DNA of 36,490 nt from positions 1-36,490 of IMG/VR virus record IMGVR_UViG_3300031965_000092, one strand, 5' to 3'. The notes below the pieces were generated by a model, which was not told the DNA's origin, made no database searches, and saw only the letters and a list, made by a program, of their open reading frames with translations. This stretch comes from a virus. Lineage: Duplodnaviria > Caudoviricetes. A program made the translations under genes and the position numbers. Below are positions 12,932 through 24,357 of the stretch, piece after piece (the first letter of the stretch is position 1; every line of letters begins with the position of its first letter).

Positions 12932-15448
12932 TCACATTAACGGCATTGAGCCGGTTCGTTGCTCTAATTGGTCTAAATACCTATCCCTGCTTCCCGGGCT
13001 TACCATTTCTTCAAAGTTACCCATCATCATGTTATTGACAACAAAAGCAGACCATGGATATTTTGGCACAAACCCGCGCCCTAATTGCATTGCCGCCTTT
13101 GTACTGCGTTCATAATCATCTTGATTCAATGAATCATCAAACAAGTGGTATAACAACCTTGACGCTTTATCCGCATCACCAATGACAGGGCCCTCCACCG
13201 CTTTCAGCAATGACCCTGATAAGTCAGTTGGCGAAATATCAGCCATCATCCCATATAGGCCACCTGCCTCTTGCATCATTTTAATCCAAGTGTCAGGTTT
13301 ATCCAAGGATGGTGGTGATAATCCTTGCACAGCATTAGCAGCAGCCATTGATGCATACTTGGTCGACATCATATACATCATGAGCTTACCCATGGCCTGA
13401 AAGTCAGCTTTACCATGCAGTGTTGCTTCCTTGAAGCTTCTAGCGCCCTTACCGTAGATAACCGATGCCAAAGGATTGCGGGAATAGTTAATCGCATAAA
13501 GCTTAAATTGGGATATCAGTTTGAAAAATTCCTGCCAACCATTGCTCATCTCATTCACATTGGCACCTAAGGCCACAATGTATTGATCACGAACACCCGG
13601 CCGCAAGATCACCTGATTCTGTCTATCCGTTAGATACGAACGGAACCGGCTCACCGTCTGCTCACGGAATTTACTTAACGGTATATCAACCCCATGCTTA
13701 TCCATAATCGCGCGCACATCACTATCCGGCATGGACTCAATGCTGTCTGGCGTAATGTATTCTTTACCATCCGCTATCTTAAGCTGGCTAGAACGTATCA
13801 AATCGTAGTGTGGCGCGTCGATGTTATACGCCCCTAATCTTGCTTGGTCATCGTCAGAAAGTGCCTCATAGGCTATTTTTCGGTTTCTGGCGAAGTATCG
13901 TGACCATATGGCTAATGCCGCACCTCTAAGACGTAAATCCCAGGGCTGAATAAAGTTAGCCTTATTCGATGCGCGCATGGCCTTTTGTGCAAGCGATCCA
14001 TGTTTGGCGTCGGCTAAATCATATTTTAAGACGGAACCAATCTCATGCGTATGATGCGTTTCTAACATATCCGCAAATATCTCACGCACTTCGGGGTGTA
14101 AGTTGGTGAGGAATGTTGCCACGCCTTCACCAATCGCCTGAAATCCGTTCATCCCTGAACGTGATGCCTCCATGGCGAGTAATCCTAAATCGGGCTCTGA
14201 CCGCAAGGTGACCAACCCTAATTTGGCGATGTTCTCAATCGCTCGCACATTACGCATAAAGTTGCCAATCGAACCGGAATAACTAGTTGGTGATCCAGAA
14301 AGGGCGGTCAATAAACTCTTTAACTTGCGTGCTTCTTGGTCTTTGTCAAAACGCTTTTTCATCTCAGGATCAAGGTCAACCAGTTTTAGCGTGTCGCCCA
14401 GTGTCGCCACTGGATTAACGCCCCAATCCTTGTATAGCTCAATCTTGGAAAACCCATTAATTAACTCACTGGATATGGCATTCTGGATAGACCCTGCGCC
14501 AAATTCTTGTTGATATTTAACCATGGCATCAGCGTTTTTCCAGTGTAATTGCCGTGGCTTGCCAAGGCGTGCGACTAGCGATTGCCGTTCCTGCGACTCT
14601 TTTCCTTTATTGACGAGCTCATCATAGACATAATTTAAGAAGTCATCAGACTGTTTGGCATCATCTAAGTCAAACCCTGATTGTGCCAAGATACGCGCAT
14701 TATCTAACAGCGGTTTAATGAATGACTTCCAGCGATCACGGGTATATTCGTAACGTACCTTTTCATCTTCGCCCAATAACTGGAATTGCTCTTTGATGGA
14801 TAAGCCTCTTAGCTTATCCATGTCATGGACGTTTGGTGAAACACGATCATGTAGTTTAGAAACATCAACGCCCACACTTTGTAATGCCGCGCGATACCGA
14901 TCTTGAAAATCCAATACCATTTGGCCAATCTTACGAAACATCGGGTCTTTGACTTCTTGGTTATCAGCTAAGCGCATCACCGCATCAGCAATCTCAGTCT
15001 GATATTCGTGTGATGTCCATATAGGATACGTGCCATCGGCATGTAAACGGTTGGTAAACTCAATCAGCATCTTGGTACGTGCTTGGTTGATCTTTAATTC
15101 CGTGGATAGTCTCCCACCCATAATCCGCTGCATCGTGCCAAATATCTTGGCGTACAATGCATTCTTAATTGGGTTCTTAATCCCAGCCTCTGCAAATTGT
15201 CCAATTCTTGCTAGATTATCAACAGTTCCCTGCATGCTGATTAGCTCACGCAATTGAGCCGCTTTTAATGCCGCTTCTCGTTCTTCACCTAGTGTTTCAG
15301 ATGCTTGTCGCAGCGCTTCCTGTAAATCTTTACCAGTCTTTAATGCGTTGTTGCGATAACGCATGAGCGTATCATGGACATCCTTGATTTCCTGATCACC
15401 AAGGAGTTCCTTGAAATCCTTTTTCGCTTTATCTAAACACTTCGTCAT
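12932..15448 (-). CDS. Internal virion (ejection) protein, large
   Basis: Helical, about 840 aa; synteny; LISQFKLY pattern; probable start ATG 15448. Confidence 0.65.
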   Translation of the reverse strand: MTKCLDKAKKDFKELLGDQEIKDVHDTLMRYRNNALKTGKDLQEALRQASETLGEEREAALKAAQLRELISMQGTVDNLARIGQFAEAGIKNPIKNALYAKIFGTMQRIMGGRLSTELKINQARTKMLIEFTNRLHADGTYPIWTSHEYQTEIADAVMRLADNQEVKDPMFRKIGQMVLDFQDRYRAALQSVGVDVSKLHDRVSPNVHDMDKLRGLSIKEQFQLLGEDEKVRYEYTRDRWKSFIKPLLDNARILAQSGFDLDDAKQSDDFLNYVYDELVNKGKESQERQSLVARLGKPRQLHWKNADAMVKYQQEFGAGSIQNAISSELINGFSKIELYKDWGVNPVATLGDTLKLVDLDPEMKKRFDKDQEARKLKSLLTALSGSPTSYSGSIGNFMRNVRAIENIAKLGLVTLRSEPDLGLLAMEASRSGMNGFQAIGEGVATFLTNLHPEVREIFADMLETHHTHEIGSVLKYDLADAKHGSLAQKAMRASNKANFIQPWDLRLRGAALAIWSRYFARNRKIAYEALSDDDQARLGAYNIDAPHYDLIRSSQLKIADGKEYITPDSIESMPDSDVRAIMDKHGVDIPLSKFREQTVSRFRSYLTDRQNQVILRPGVRDQYIVALGANVNEMSNGWQEFFKLISQFKLYAINYSRNPLASVIYGKGARSFKEATLHGKADFQAMGKLMMYMMSTKYASMAAANAVQGLSPPSLDKPDTWIKMMQEAGGLYGMMADISPTDLSGSLLKAVEGPVIGDADKASRLLYHLFDDSLNQDDYERSTKAAMQLGRGFVPKYPWSAFVVNNMMMGNFEEMVSPGSRDRYLDQLEQRTGSMPLM

Positions 15449-17469
15449 AAGGTCGCCTCTAAGAAGCAATCAACCAATTGTTTGGCCATGGATTTATAAT
15501 CGCCTTGTTTGGCTTGTAATTCCTTAACCTGATCCCAACCTTCTTTTAATTCTTGATGGCCTGTCTTTTCAGACAAATCATTCACAAACTGGTCGTCAAA
15601 CTTAGCAAGCACCTCATCAATCTTTTCATCTGCATCAGGCATTTCATAATCAATGTCATCAATGCCAGCTGATTGAATATGATCATAATAGGCTTTCTGG
15701 TCAGCAGGACTAACACTGGGATGCGTGCCATCCACATGCCGTTGCATGTTATCAGCAACATTGTATTGCTGGTATAAATCAGCCAAGCGGTCTTTGCGTA
15801 TGCGTTCTGCCATGATATCTAACATCTTTTCACTGCCGAGTGTGACCTTAGCTAGCGCATTACGAGCCAAGTGTGAGCCACGCGCCATGTCAAACAAACG
15901 CCTATAACCTTTTGTGCGACGTATATTCTTAACCGGCTCGCCATCAGGGGCAATATCAGCCTCAATCTGCGCGATCTCATCAGCTGGCGATAATGTATTA
16001 GGGATTTTTTCTTTCAGCTTGGCGATGCGCTTTTTAGCTTTTCTGCGCTTGACTGGATGCTCATCAGGATTATCAACGACTTCCTGCAAATTCTTAATCT
16101 GGCCTTCTAGTTTATGAATGCGCTTAACATTATCAGTAGGCTCATGATCACTGCCATCTCGATGCTTAATATCATGAAGTATTTGCCCCTCTGTCACTCG
16201 TGCATTGCGTTCCGCTTCCGGCATAAATTCCGAAACAGATGAAAATAAGCGATCCGCCTCATGGTCAGATAAACCAATTTCTTTTGCCATATTGGTAATG
16301 ACTTCGCGGGGGTCAAACTCTACATCAGGGTTATCTTTAATCATCCTCACGATGGCAGAAGCAAAACGCTTTAGCGGTTCCTTGAATTGATTCACCGTCA
16401 TATGATCAACCATGTCATCCTGTATGGATGCTTTCGTTTCATCCAGATGGCCTGATAGCTCGCCTAAATCGACACCTTGCTCACGCATGGTCTGGCGAAA
16501 CTTGATCCCTTCCTCAATCGACCCCTGACGAATAATGGGCGATACCTTAGGCTCTTTGCCATCCATCATCTGCATGGTGGCATCTTGGCGCGCGCTCTCG
16601 TCAGCTTCTTGCGACCAACCACGATAAAAACGCTTAATGTTAGATTTGGCTTTGCCAGACAAATGCTCATAGTGCGGTGATTCCATCATGCGACCAATCA
16701 CGCCGCCGCCTGCACCAAACAATGATCCCCATCCGGCAGACTCACCCACATTCAATACCGACTGCACATAATCAGGTTGTTGACCACGCTCGACCATACG
16801 CATGTCTTCACCAGCCTCACCACCGGCCGTGAATGCACCAAAACCAGCTGCTGTGGTGACCGCTGTAGATAGGCGTGTTGCTAAACGTGCAGCACCCGAA
16901 CCCATGAAATCCTTGGTGCGTAATACTTGCATCCACTCACTGGCGATGGGTTTGTAGAATGCGGACACACCTCTTGTCACGCCCCCTGTTGCAATGGTAG
17001 TCACAGGATCCGCTACAAGGCCTGTTATAAGGTCACCTGCAAACGCCGAAATCGATCCCAATGAATTGCTAATCCGTGAATGCTTCCACGCATAATATCG
17101 GTCATCATCATAGGTGCCGGTAATCGCATCAGCGGTTTCCTTCGTTGCACCTTGTGGGATATCGATGCCCTCACGGTCTTTTTTAAGCGACTTCACATAA
17201 TCATCATCGGCAGGCTCCGATGGCAAGAATTGCTTTAGCTCATCAACAGATGGCTCAACACCACGGCGTAACTCATCATAAGTTTTATAAGCATGAAATA
17301 CATTTGATGCACTACCCGCAAAGGTACTCATCAACGTATGCGTTAGATTATGTGAATCCCAATTATGCGCTAACTGAAACAGCGGATTAATATACCCATA
17401 GTGGACATCCTCAAGGTTGGTCTTGATGTTGTCCGGCTCTGAGTAAACGCGCTGTCTGGGGAAGCCCAT
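15445..17469 (-). CDS. Internal virion (ejection) protein
   Basis: Synteny; Gly/Ala-rich membrane-like segments around ADP. Confidence 0.6.
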   Translation of the reverse strand: MGFPRQRVYSEPDNIKTNLEDVHYGYINPLFQLAHNWDSHNLTHTLMSTFAGSASNVFHAYKTYDELRRGVEPSVDELKQFLPSEPADDDYVKSLKKDREGIDIPQGATKETADAITGTYDDDRYYAWKHSRISNSLGSISAFAGDLITGLVADPVTTIATGGVTRGVSAFYKPIASEWMQVLRTKDFMGSGAARLATRLSTAVTTAAGFGAFTAGGEAGEDMRMVERGQQPDYVQSVLNVGESAGWGSLFGAGGGVIGRMMESPHYEHLSGKAKSNIKRFYRGWSQEADESARQDATMQMMDGKEPKVSPIIRQGSIEEGIKFRQTMREQGVDLGELSGHLDETKASIQDDMVDHMTVNQFKEPLKRFASAIVRMIKDNPDVEFDPREVITNMAKEIGLSDHEADRLFSSVSEFMPEAERNARVTEGQILHDIKHRDGSDHEPTDNVKRIHKLEGQIKNLQEVVDNPDEHPVKRRKAKKRIAKLKEKIPNTLSPADEIAQIEADIAPDGEPVKNIRRTKGYRRLFDMARGSHLARNALAKVTLGSEKMLDIMAERIRKDRLADLYQQYNVADNMQRHVDGTHPSVSPADQKAYYDHIQSAGIDDIDYEMPDADEKIDEVLAKFDDQFVNDLSEKTGHQELKEGWDQVKELQAKQGDYKSMAKQLVDCFLEATL

Positions 17470-20003
17470 TACTCGCCTCCATGTAGCAACTTGGTAATAT
17501 CATCATCACCGGATGGAAGCCCTTTACCATCGAGTATTTGTTTGATCTGTCGTCGTAAACGCCTATTGCCTACCTTGCCACGCCTAATCGCTTTCTTGGT
17601 ATCCTCTGGCAAATCATCAATGGCTTTTGTTGCAGCGACACCTTTGCTAACCGCTTCTTTAATACGATCAACAATGGAATTATCCGATAGCCGTTGCGAT
17701 GGACTATCTTCTTGGCGATTAAGCTCACCTGCTACACGCTCTTTAACGGAAGCGCCAGGCTTCGCTCTACCTTCCTCATCAATAAAACTAAGCATCCCCG
17801 CCAATGTTTTTGATGATGTATTCTCTGGCAAATAGTTCTTATGAAAATCCTTCGCATCTTCAAATAAAAACTGGAACGGATGACCATTAGCATTAACAGG
17901 AATTTGCCCATTTATTGCAGTCCATGTCATACCCGTCATCGCATCATTCGTTACCCAATGGCCGTTCAATATTTGCTGTCTATATTCTTCTTGGTGTAAT
18001 TCCAATTGACCTTGCGCACTAAAACCCTGATAAGCAAACTTCTTTGGTAATACAAAGTCAAACTTAGGGAGCTCCGTTAAGCGCTGCTCATTGGCATAGG
18101 ATTTAATCGTTGATGCGGGTAGATCCGCTGGCATTGCGATTGTCTGTCCATCCATAGAAGTAAATTGCATCCCGTGGGTTAGGTGGTTAACTGCCCATTC
18201 GTACGCACTACTTGAATCAGCGGCTTTATTGGTATTGATAGCGTAATAAGCCAAATGGCTTAGCGTATCTTTTATGGTGATATTGTAATGCTCTTGATCC
18301 GTCGATGCCGCTCCTCTTGATGCGGCAAAGAACTGACGCATACGATTAGACGTTGTATCTAAAAATCCGGGCTTGTCCGTTGAATGAGATATTAATTTAT
18401 CAACGCTTTTTGTTAACGATTCAGGTAAACTTTTTTTCTGGTCAGATACCTTTTCATTTAACGCCGCCATCATGTCAATCGTTGCAGGGTCATTGATATC
18501 GTAATTGCTCGCCAAGGAATAATTTGCTGGCATCCCTTGCTTAATCATTTGGTTTAACGCACCCTTGAACGATACCGCATCAGGAAATTCTTGTTTAAGC
18601 TGCTTTAACATCATGATCTGCTGGTCAGCACTCGATGCTGAAAATGCTGTTACTCGCTCATCCGCATCGGCTTTGGTCATCACCGGTTGTTGATCAAGCG
18701 GTATGCCCTTTTGTAGCATCCAGTATGAACGCGCTTTTGTTGGATTAATCGTGGTCGTATTAAATGGCGTATTAGGATTGTTAGTCGCCGGCAATCCTGC
18801 TTTCTTTTCCATTTCAAAATGCTGAATGGTTGCCTTAACCGATGGATCCTCTTCTGCAAACTTCACAGGGTCTGTTTTAATCGCTGCTTCTTGTTTTGTA
18901 ATCGCTGCGGATAATTTATCATAAGTTGCCTTATCCTCTGGATAATGCTCATCATTCACATCTTTAGGGCGCATAGTCGTAAGCAATGCATTGACCTGAC
19001 TAGGCGGCGCATACAATGCCGCTTGCTTAATACTATAGGAACGTTGCGCTAATGAAATTTGGTGATCATAAGCCTCTTCTTGGCTTGGATATTGCTGCAC
19101 ATAATGCTCGCGCAATTCTGACTTTGGCTGACCACCATCAGAAACGCGAGATACTTCACTGCTAAACTGTGTTTTTAATTCTGCTTTCGTGTACTGGGAT
19201 TGATGATTAAATTGCGATTCTTTCTTAATCATCAAGCTACCGATTATTTCTTTCTGATGCTCATCAATATTGTTAAATTGTTTTTTATTAAAGTATTCCC
19301 AGTACTTTGTTCCATGACCCGCTTGCAGTGCATCACCAAATTCTTTTAACGTGACATTGGTTAGCAAATCGGTATAAGCATCTTTTTTTTGCTTCTTATA
19401 ATCAGATTCAGAAATCATGCCTTCTTTAAATGCTTGCTCACGACTTCTCTCGCGCTGATTATAAAGAGACATAGTTGCATGAAACTGTTTATTTTCACCT
19501 GTTTTTTCATCAATAATAGGATTTGATGACGATATAGAGTTATTAATATCTTGAGTTTGACCCGCATCAATATCCGCAAACTGAGTTTTAGCTTCACGCT
19601 GTGTTGCTAATATAGAATTCTTAACCAGTGGGTCAGCATGCACCGACGAATAATAATCCGCCATTGAATTAACATAGGATCGATTAAACGGATTCGTTTG
19701 TTTAACAACACCCTGCTTATACGCCTCTGCACTTTCTTGGTATCGCTTTAATGCCGCATGTGGATCATTTTCCTGCATCGCATCATAGGATAGCTGACGA
19801 TAGGTATTGGACATGTTGTACTGTAATGTATCACGTTCACGTTTGGCTTCTTGCTTGCCAACCGCTTCTGCTACTTGACCAACACCTTGACCAAAGTTGC
19901 TGAATGATTGAATAAGCGCCGAACTACCAGCCGTGCCAGCGCCTTGAACCACTTCCGGCATGACCTGTCTTTTGTAAAATGGTATATTCCGGTTATTGCT
20001 CAT
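17469..20003 (-). CDS. Internal virion (ejection) protein
   Basis: Synteny; helical, 844 aa. Confidence 0.6.
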   Translation of the reverse strand: MSNNRNIPFYKRQVMPEVVQGAGTAGSSALIQSFSNFGQGVGQVAEAVGKQEAKRERDTLQYNMSNTYRQLSYDAMQENDPHAALKRYQESAEAYKQGVVKQTNPFNRSYVNSMADYYSSVHADPLVKNSILATQREAKTQFADIDAGQTQDINNSISSSNPIIDEKTGENKQFHATMSLYNQRERSREQAFKEGMISESDYKKQKKDAYTDLLTNVTLKEFGDALQAGHGTKYWEYFNKKQFNNIDEHQKEIIGSLMIKKESQFNHQSQYTKAELKTQFSSEVSRVSDGGQPKSELREHYVQQYPSQEEAYDHQISLAQRSYSIKQAALYAPPSQVNALLTTMRPKDVNDEHYPEDKATYDKLSAAITKQEAAIKTDPVKFAEEDPSVKATIQHFEMEKKAGLPATNNPNTPFNTTTINPTKARSYWMLQKGIPLDQQPVMTKADADERVTAFSASSADQQIMMLKQLKQEFPDAVSFKGALNQMIKQGMPANYSLASNYDINDPATIDMMAALNEKVSDQKKSLPESLTKSVDKLISHSTDKPGFLDTTSNRMRQFFAASRGAASTDQEHYNITIKDTLSHLAYYAINTNKAADSSSAYEWAVNHLTHGMQFTSMDGQTIAMPADLPASTIKSYANEQRLTELPKFDFVLPKKFAYQGFSAQGQLELHQEEYRQQILNGHWVTNDAMTGMTWTAINGQIPVNANGHPFQFLFEDAKDFHKNYLPENTSSKTLAGMLSFIDEEGRAKPGASVKERVAGELNRQEDSPSQRLSDNSIVDRIKEAVSKGVAATKAIDDLPEDTKKAIRRGKVGNRRLRRQIKQILDGKGLPSGDDDITKLLHGGE

Positions 20004-20006
20004 GGC

Positions 20007-20582
20007 CTACCTATTCAAGTTAAGGTTATCAAAGTGGCTGTTAAAGTAATTCTGGAATCCATACGTTCCTTGAACAGTAGCAGCGCTAGAGCCAGCCTTA
20101 CCCGCTACCGCACCGCTTGGCGATCCACTGGCCGCCAACATAGTAGCGCTCGCTGCCGTTTTCACAAATCCAGTTACAGCTTGCACCTTGGCAGCTTGAA
20201 CCTTTAGCTGAACTTGCCTTTCTTTACTAGACAATGTCATTTGCTTAGATGCAAAATTAAGATTTTGCATATCTTCATCATCCACAAAATCTGATAATTG
20301 CTTTTCAATAATCGCATGCGCATTACCGCCCGTTGGCGCGACACCGCTCACCCCATATTGTACCTCTTGCGTTGCTAAGGTTTCACGCAACTGATTGGTG
20401 CGAATAATCGAATCTTCGTTTTGCTGTAAGCGCAATTGCAATTGCTGCTGGCGCACTTCATCCAGCTCTATATTTTTCTCTTGGTTAGCGCTTTTTATTT
20501 CACGATAAGCACTATAGCCACCGGCTGCCACCTCAGTGACTGCTGCTGCTACAATAATGACTGCTGAAACTGGGTCACTCAT
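20007..20582 (-). CDS. Small internal virion protein (T7 gp14-like position)
   Basis: Hydrophobic Ala-rich N-terminus, Gln-rich coil, YGVSGV motif. Confidence 0.65.
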   Translation of the reverse strand: MSDPVSAVIIVAAAVTEVAAGGYSAYREIKSANQEKNIELDEVRQQQLQLRLQQNEDSIIRTNQLRETLATQEVQYGVSGVAPTGGNAHAIIEKQLSDFVDDEDMQNLNFASKQMTLSSKERQVQLKVQAAKVQAVTGFVKTAASATMLAASGSPSGAVAGKAGSSAATVQGTYGFQNYFNSHFDNLNLNR

Positions 20583-20591
20583 AATGCATCC

Positions 20592-22718
20592 TCAAAATGC
20601 CACCGAAAATGCCACACCAATAATCGTCATCGGCATAGGCACTGTTTGTGAAATACTAATCTCAGCACGTGGATCCCATCCAGTCATCGGCTCAACCGGT
20701 ACAAAGTCAGTAACAGGATCTGCTGGCAAGCTATAACTATCACTACCAAATCTAAATGGCGGTATTAAATCACCATTAACCTTAATCGCAGTGGATTCAT
20801 AAAAATCTACCCATACGCGCTTGATGGATTTCGGTAAGTACAAATCATTTCCGGTTGGCAATGGAATATTAAGCGGCATCGGTACAAGCTCAGGCTCATA
20901 ATCCAAACCAATCTCCACATTCGTGAATAACTCATTTAACGTAATCTCACCACCTGCAACCGTATGCATGGCGGTTGTTGCAGGGAGTGTGCTAGGCGGC
21001 ACAACCGCACGATTACCACCAACCAAGCCAATAGCCCATACTGATTCACCTTCTAGATAATCAAGCCCAGTAATGGTGGTTGATCCCAATCCAGTCTTGA
21101 CAACTGCTGCATCTGTCAATACATCAAAGTCCAATCGCTCGATAAACAAACGTGTATCACCATCGATATTACGCTCAACCAAAAAGTAAACTATTTCCTC
21201 ATCCGATACGACTTCCCGAAACTTGCCAGCTGTACCATCCTCACTTGTTGCAGTAGTTGATAATGTCCATGCCGTTATTTCTTGTTCTGGTACGTTTTGA
21301 TAAGTAGCCATTGAGCCATCAAACTCAGCATTACCAGCGGCTTCATTAATCGCAAATAGCCACGTTCCATCTTTAATAGTTGAGTTTTCATACAATGCAA
21401 TCGACCTTGGCGCATGAATTAAATGCGGCGCTAACACACTAATTGTTCGCGTCTCATAATGCTGTGTCGTGCCCATTACATTCATTATTTTGACTTTCTT
21501 ACCACCCTTATCAATAAAGATAAGGTCGTTTTCAAATATCACAGGGAGTGCGTCATTAGATGAATCACTCGTTTGCATGTTCAAGGATGTTATATTTGCA
21601 GGTGTAATCGCCGCATCAATAAACAATGGCGTTGAATACGTCCCGCTGCTTGTCAAAATAACCAGTGTTTTATAGGCTACAATATGTTTGATAATAGTTG
21701 CTTTTGTTCCTTGCAGCACAGTTGATATGGCGTTCGTATCTAGCGATTCTGAGTCATCAAAATCCAATGTCGTTGCAGAATACCCATTAAAGTTAGATCC
21801 CCATAAGCCACCCGGCAATGATGATGTTTTAGCAAACATAATTCGGTTTTGAAAGAATGCGACAATGGATGGATATCCTCTTGTTGCGCTGAATGCAATT
21901 TCAGTCAGCAAACAATCCTTTCCAAGTACCGTATTAGGCGATACCAATAACTGGCTTTCTGAATCAAATGTATTAAGTATTCTAACGTCCACATTCGTTG
22001 TTGAATTAACCTTAGTAATTCTAACGACGCCGCCATCTGTAAAAAACAACCCACCCGCATGCCCTGCTACAAATATAGGTGATGATGCATTAATGTTTCC
22101 CTCATATCCTAAAACATTTTCGCTTGTGGTAATCGGTGTCGATCCTGAACCTTGGCGCATTGAAAATGTAATCGCATCGTAATTTCGATCAAAGTCATAA
22201 GTTGGGTAATTAGAAAATGTAATAGCATTGACTTGAAAAACAGGAGTTGCAGCAGTCCTGCTAATACTAACAGGCGGAAAGTCAGGATGTGCTAAGAACA
22301 CTAAATTATTTGTCTGCGTGATATTAATATTTGCAATATCATCGCCATCTGCGCCCGTCCATGTCGATGTCAGGTTTTTTGTTTGACCTGCAACTAATTC
22401 ATCATCTTCATAAAAGTCTATGCGTATCGTTGAGCCTTCGCTTCTAAACACCAATAAATAACGCTTACTGTCTTCGTAATCCCATAAAAACATTTTTACT
22501 TTGGTGTAATCTTCGTTATAAGTCGGCGAACCAGCATGGTCACCCACCGTATCGACATACTTAGTTCCAAACCGCCTCTCAGCGCCACCTTGGGGTATCA
22601 CCAACATATTGCGTATGAGTTTAGCTGCTTTCTGATAGATAGGCGAATCAACACGCGCATGCATTAGTCGCGATACTTCACCGAATTGGAATGAGTTATT
22701 AATGATATCAACGCCCAA
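20592..22718 (-). CDS. Tail tubular protein B (nozzle)
   Basis: NSFQFGEVS..NMLVIPQGGAERRFGT; GYPSIVAFFQNRIMFA; EQEITAW. Confidence 0.88.
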   Translation of the reverse strand: MGVDIINNSFQFGEVSRLMHARVDSPIYQKAAKLIRNMLVIPQGGAERRFGTKYVDTVGDHAGSPTYNEDYTKVKMFLWDYEDSKRYLLVFRSEGSTIRIDFYEDDELVAGQTKNLTSTWTGADGDDIANINITQTNNLVFLAHPDFPPVSISRTAATPVFQVNAITFSNYPTYDFDRNYDAITFSMRQGSGSTPITTSENVLGYEGNINASSPIFVAGHAGGLFFTDGGVVRITKVNSTTNVDVRILNTFDSESQLLVSPNTVLGKDCLLTEIAFSATRGYPSIVAFFQNRIMFAKTSSLPGGLWGSNFNGYSATTLDFDDSESLDTNAISTVLQGTKATIIKHIVAYKTLVILTSSGTYSTPLFIDAAITPANITSLNMQTSDSSNDALPVIFENDLIFIDKGGKKVKIMNVMGTTQHYETRTISVLAPHLIHAPRSIALYENSTIKDGTWLFAINEAAGNAEFDGSMATYQNVPEQEITAWTLSTTATSEDGTAGKFREVVSDEEIVYFLVERNIDGDTRLFIERLDFDVLTDAAVVKTGLGSTTITGLDYLEGESVWAIGLVGGNRAVVPPSTLPATTAMHTVAGGEITLNELFTNVEIGLDYEPELVPMPLNIPLPTGNDLYLPKSIKRVWVDFYESTAIKVNGDLIPPFRFGSDSYSLPADPVTDFVPVEPMTGWDPRAEISISQTVPMPMTIIGVAFSVAF

Positions 22719-23303
22719 TTAGCATCTCCCGTCGTTATACCATCCACCCATGCGGGACAAGATAACTGGATTGTTTTCCATAGAAGGCGTTGGATGTGAT
22801 TGACTATCAGTAAAGAGTGCCTCACCTAGCTGCCTGTCAGACAAAGTAAGTAAGCGTTCTGCTAACTTTTCGTTTTCGGCAACAGAATCGGCGTACCATG
22901 CTGCAATGACATAAGCTAAGTAATGAATATAATAAGCGGGACAATGAGTAATATCCGGCTGAAACCGATATTCAAGCACTACTGCATTATGATTGCTATA
23001 AAGCTTATCGCCATAAATCTGGAAGTCCATACGCGGATAAGTACGTACTGCGGCAAGATAATCCGATGGTAGCTGATACTGATATTGCCAGCGATCAATC
23101 GGCGGCTCAGTAACAAGCTGATTTAATTCTTGTGAGGTAGTCGCAAATCGCCACGACTTGCCGGAAATACTTGATGGAAATAATAATTCGTACGCACGTG
23201 ATGCGCTATCAGCAAATACACCTGAATTAACAACATCACCAACAGATGACTTGTTTAACAAGCTAAAAGCGAGATTGATCACATCTAACTTAGACCAAGC
23301 CAT
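22719..23303 (-). CDS. Tail tubular protein A (adaptor)
   Basis: SKLDVINLAFSLL, WRFAT, YQYQLPSDYL. Confidence 0.85.
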   Translation of the reverse strand: MAWSKLDVINLAFSLLNKSSVGDVVNSGVFADSASRAYELLFPSSISGKSWRFATTSQELNQLVTEPPIDRWQYQYQLPSDYLAAVRTYPRMDFQIYGDKLYSNHNAVVLEYRFQPDITHCPAYYIHYLAYVIAAWYADSVAENEKLAERLLTLSDRQLGEALFTDSQSHPTPSMENNPVILSRMGGWYNDGRC

Positions 23304-23319
23304 AAACATCCTTAGAATA

Positions 23320-23343
23320 AGGGGCTAAACCAAATTAGCCCCT
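23320..23343 (-). terminator. Hairpin terminator after capsid/decoration genes
   Basis: AGGGGCTAA/TTAGCCCCT 9-bp stem; weak U tract, so possibly leaky. Confidence 0.65.
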
Positions 23344-23358
23344 ATTCATGTTTGCAGT

Positions 23359-24342
23359 TTAAGCAGTTACATAGCAAAGAACGTAGACGTCAATGGCTGG
23401 TACATCGCCGCCACCGCCATCAGTGACAGTACATTTAAGCTCATCGCCAGCATTAACAACACGATTCGCGTCATTAATTTCACCAGCTCTAACCAGTACT
23501 GTATCCGATACGTTCATGTCTAACGCGTCAGTTATATCAGCATCAGCGTCATTTTGAAGCTGAACTGTATCCGAAGCACTACCAGCCCCTTTCGCAACCG
23601 CCCACGCATCAACAACCGTGATCTTTTGTGATGTAACAATAGATCGTGTAGCTGTTGCACTAGCTACCATGTTAAAGACATGAAGCACAGGCATACCAGC
23701 AACAACGTCCTCAGGTGCATAGTCTGCTGCCTTGGACGCATCAACAACCGTTCCCAAGGTAACAGCACCCGTATTGGCAAGTGACGCATCACCTGACATT
23801 GCCACATCGACTGCCACATTTGAACCATTACCGACTAAGAACTGCGCATCAGTCAACGCAGCCAACTTGCTGAAAGCGATCGCAGCAGACGCATCGACTT
23901 TGGCATTATCAATCGCACCAGCCGCAATGGTTAATGCACCGGCATTGTCAATGGTTGCATCGCCTGATAAGGCAACAGCCGTTGGTACATTAGCACCAGA
24001 ACCAACAATAAGCTCACCATCTGTCAAATCTTCCAACTTACTAAACTCAATCCCTGCATCAGATGCAATTTCGGCATTACTAATTGAATCAGGCGCAACA
24101 TCTGGTTCAGTTGTCGTGGTAACGTTAGGTGATACCGCGGTCACTCGTAACCGATCAAAGCCATCTGATCCGTCAATCAGTATGTCATCACCAATATTTA
24201 AGTAGTGATCAATACTGTTGAAATAAGCGCTGGCTTTAATCGTTGCAAGCGAGTCATCCGCACTTGTGTAAGCGTGTATATGGCGCACATTTTCGTTGCC
24301 AGCCGCACTTAGTTTATCGTATCCAGTTAGTACAAAAGCCAT
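23359..24342 (-). CDS. Capsid decoration/head fibre protein with internal repeat
   Basis: Follows the MCP; YTSADDSLATIKASAYFN; two copies of IxFSKL..LTD..VG.G.NV..VA.SGDA...N.GA.T. Confidence 0.65.
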   Translation of the reverse strand: MAFVLTGYDKLSAAGNENVRHIHAYTSADDSLATIKASAYFNSIDHYLNIGDDILIDGSDGFDRLRVTAVSPNVTTTTEPDVAPDSISNAEIASDAGIEFSKLEDLTDGELIVGSGANVPTAVALSGDATIDNAGALTIAAGAIDNAKVDASAAIAFSKLAALTDAQFLVGNGSNVAVDVAMSGDASLANTGAVTLGTVVDASKAADYAPEDVVAGMPVLHVFNMVASATATRSIVTSQKITVVDAWAVAKGAGSASDTVQLQNDADADITDALDMNVSDTVLVRAGEINDANRVVNAGDELKCTVTDGGGGDVPAIDVYVLCYVTA

Positions 24343-24357
24343 GGTTAATTACTCCAA

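Noticed and set aside
23359-24342. Frameshift fusion of MCP to the downstream gene (T7 10B style)
   Set aside because: The gene has its own GGAG RBS and ATG, and I saw no clear slippery site at the MCP end
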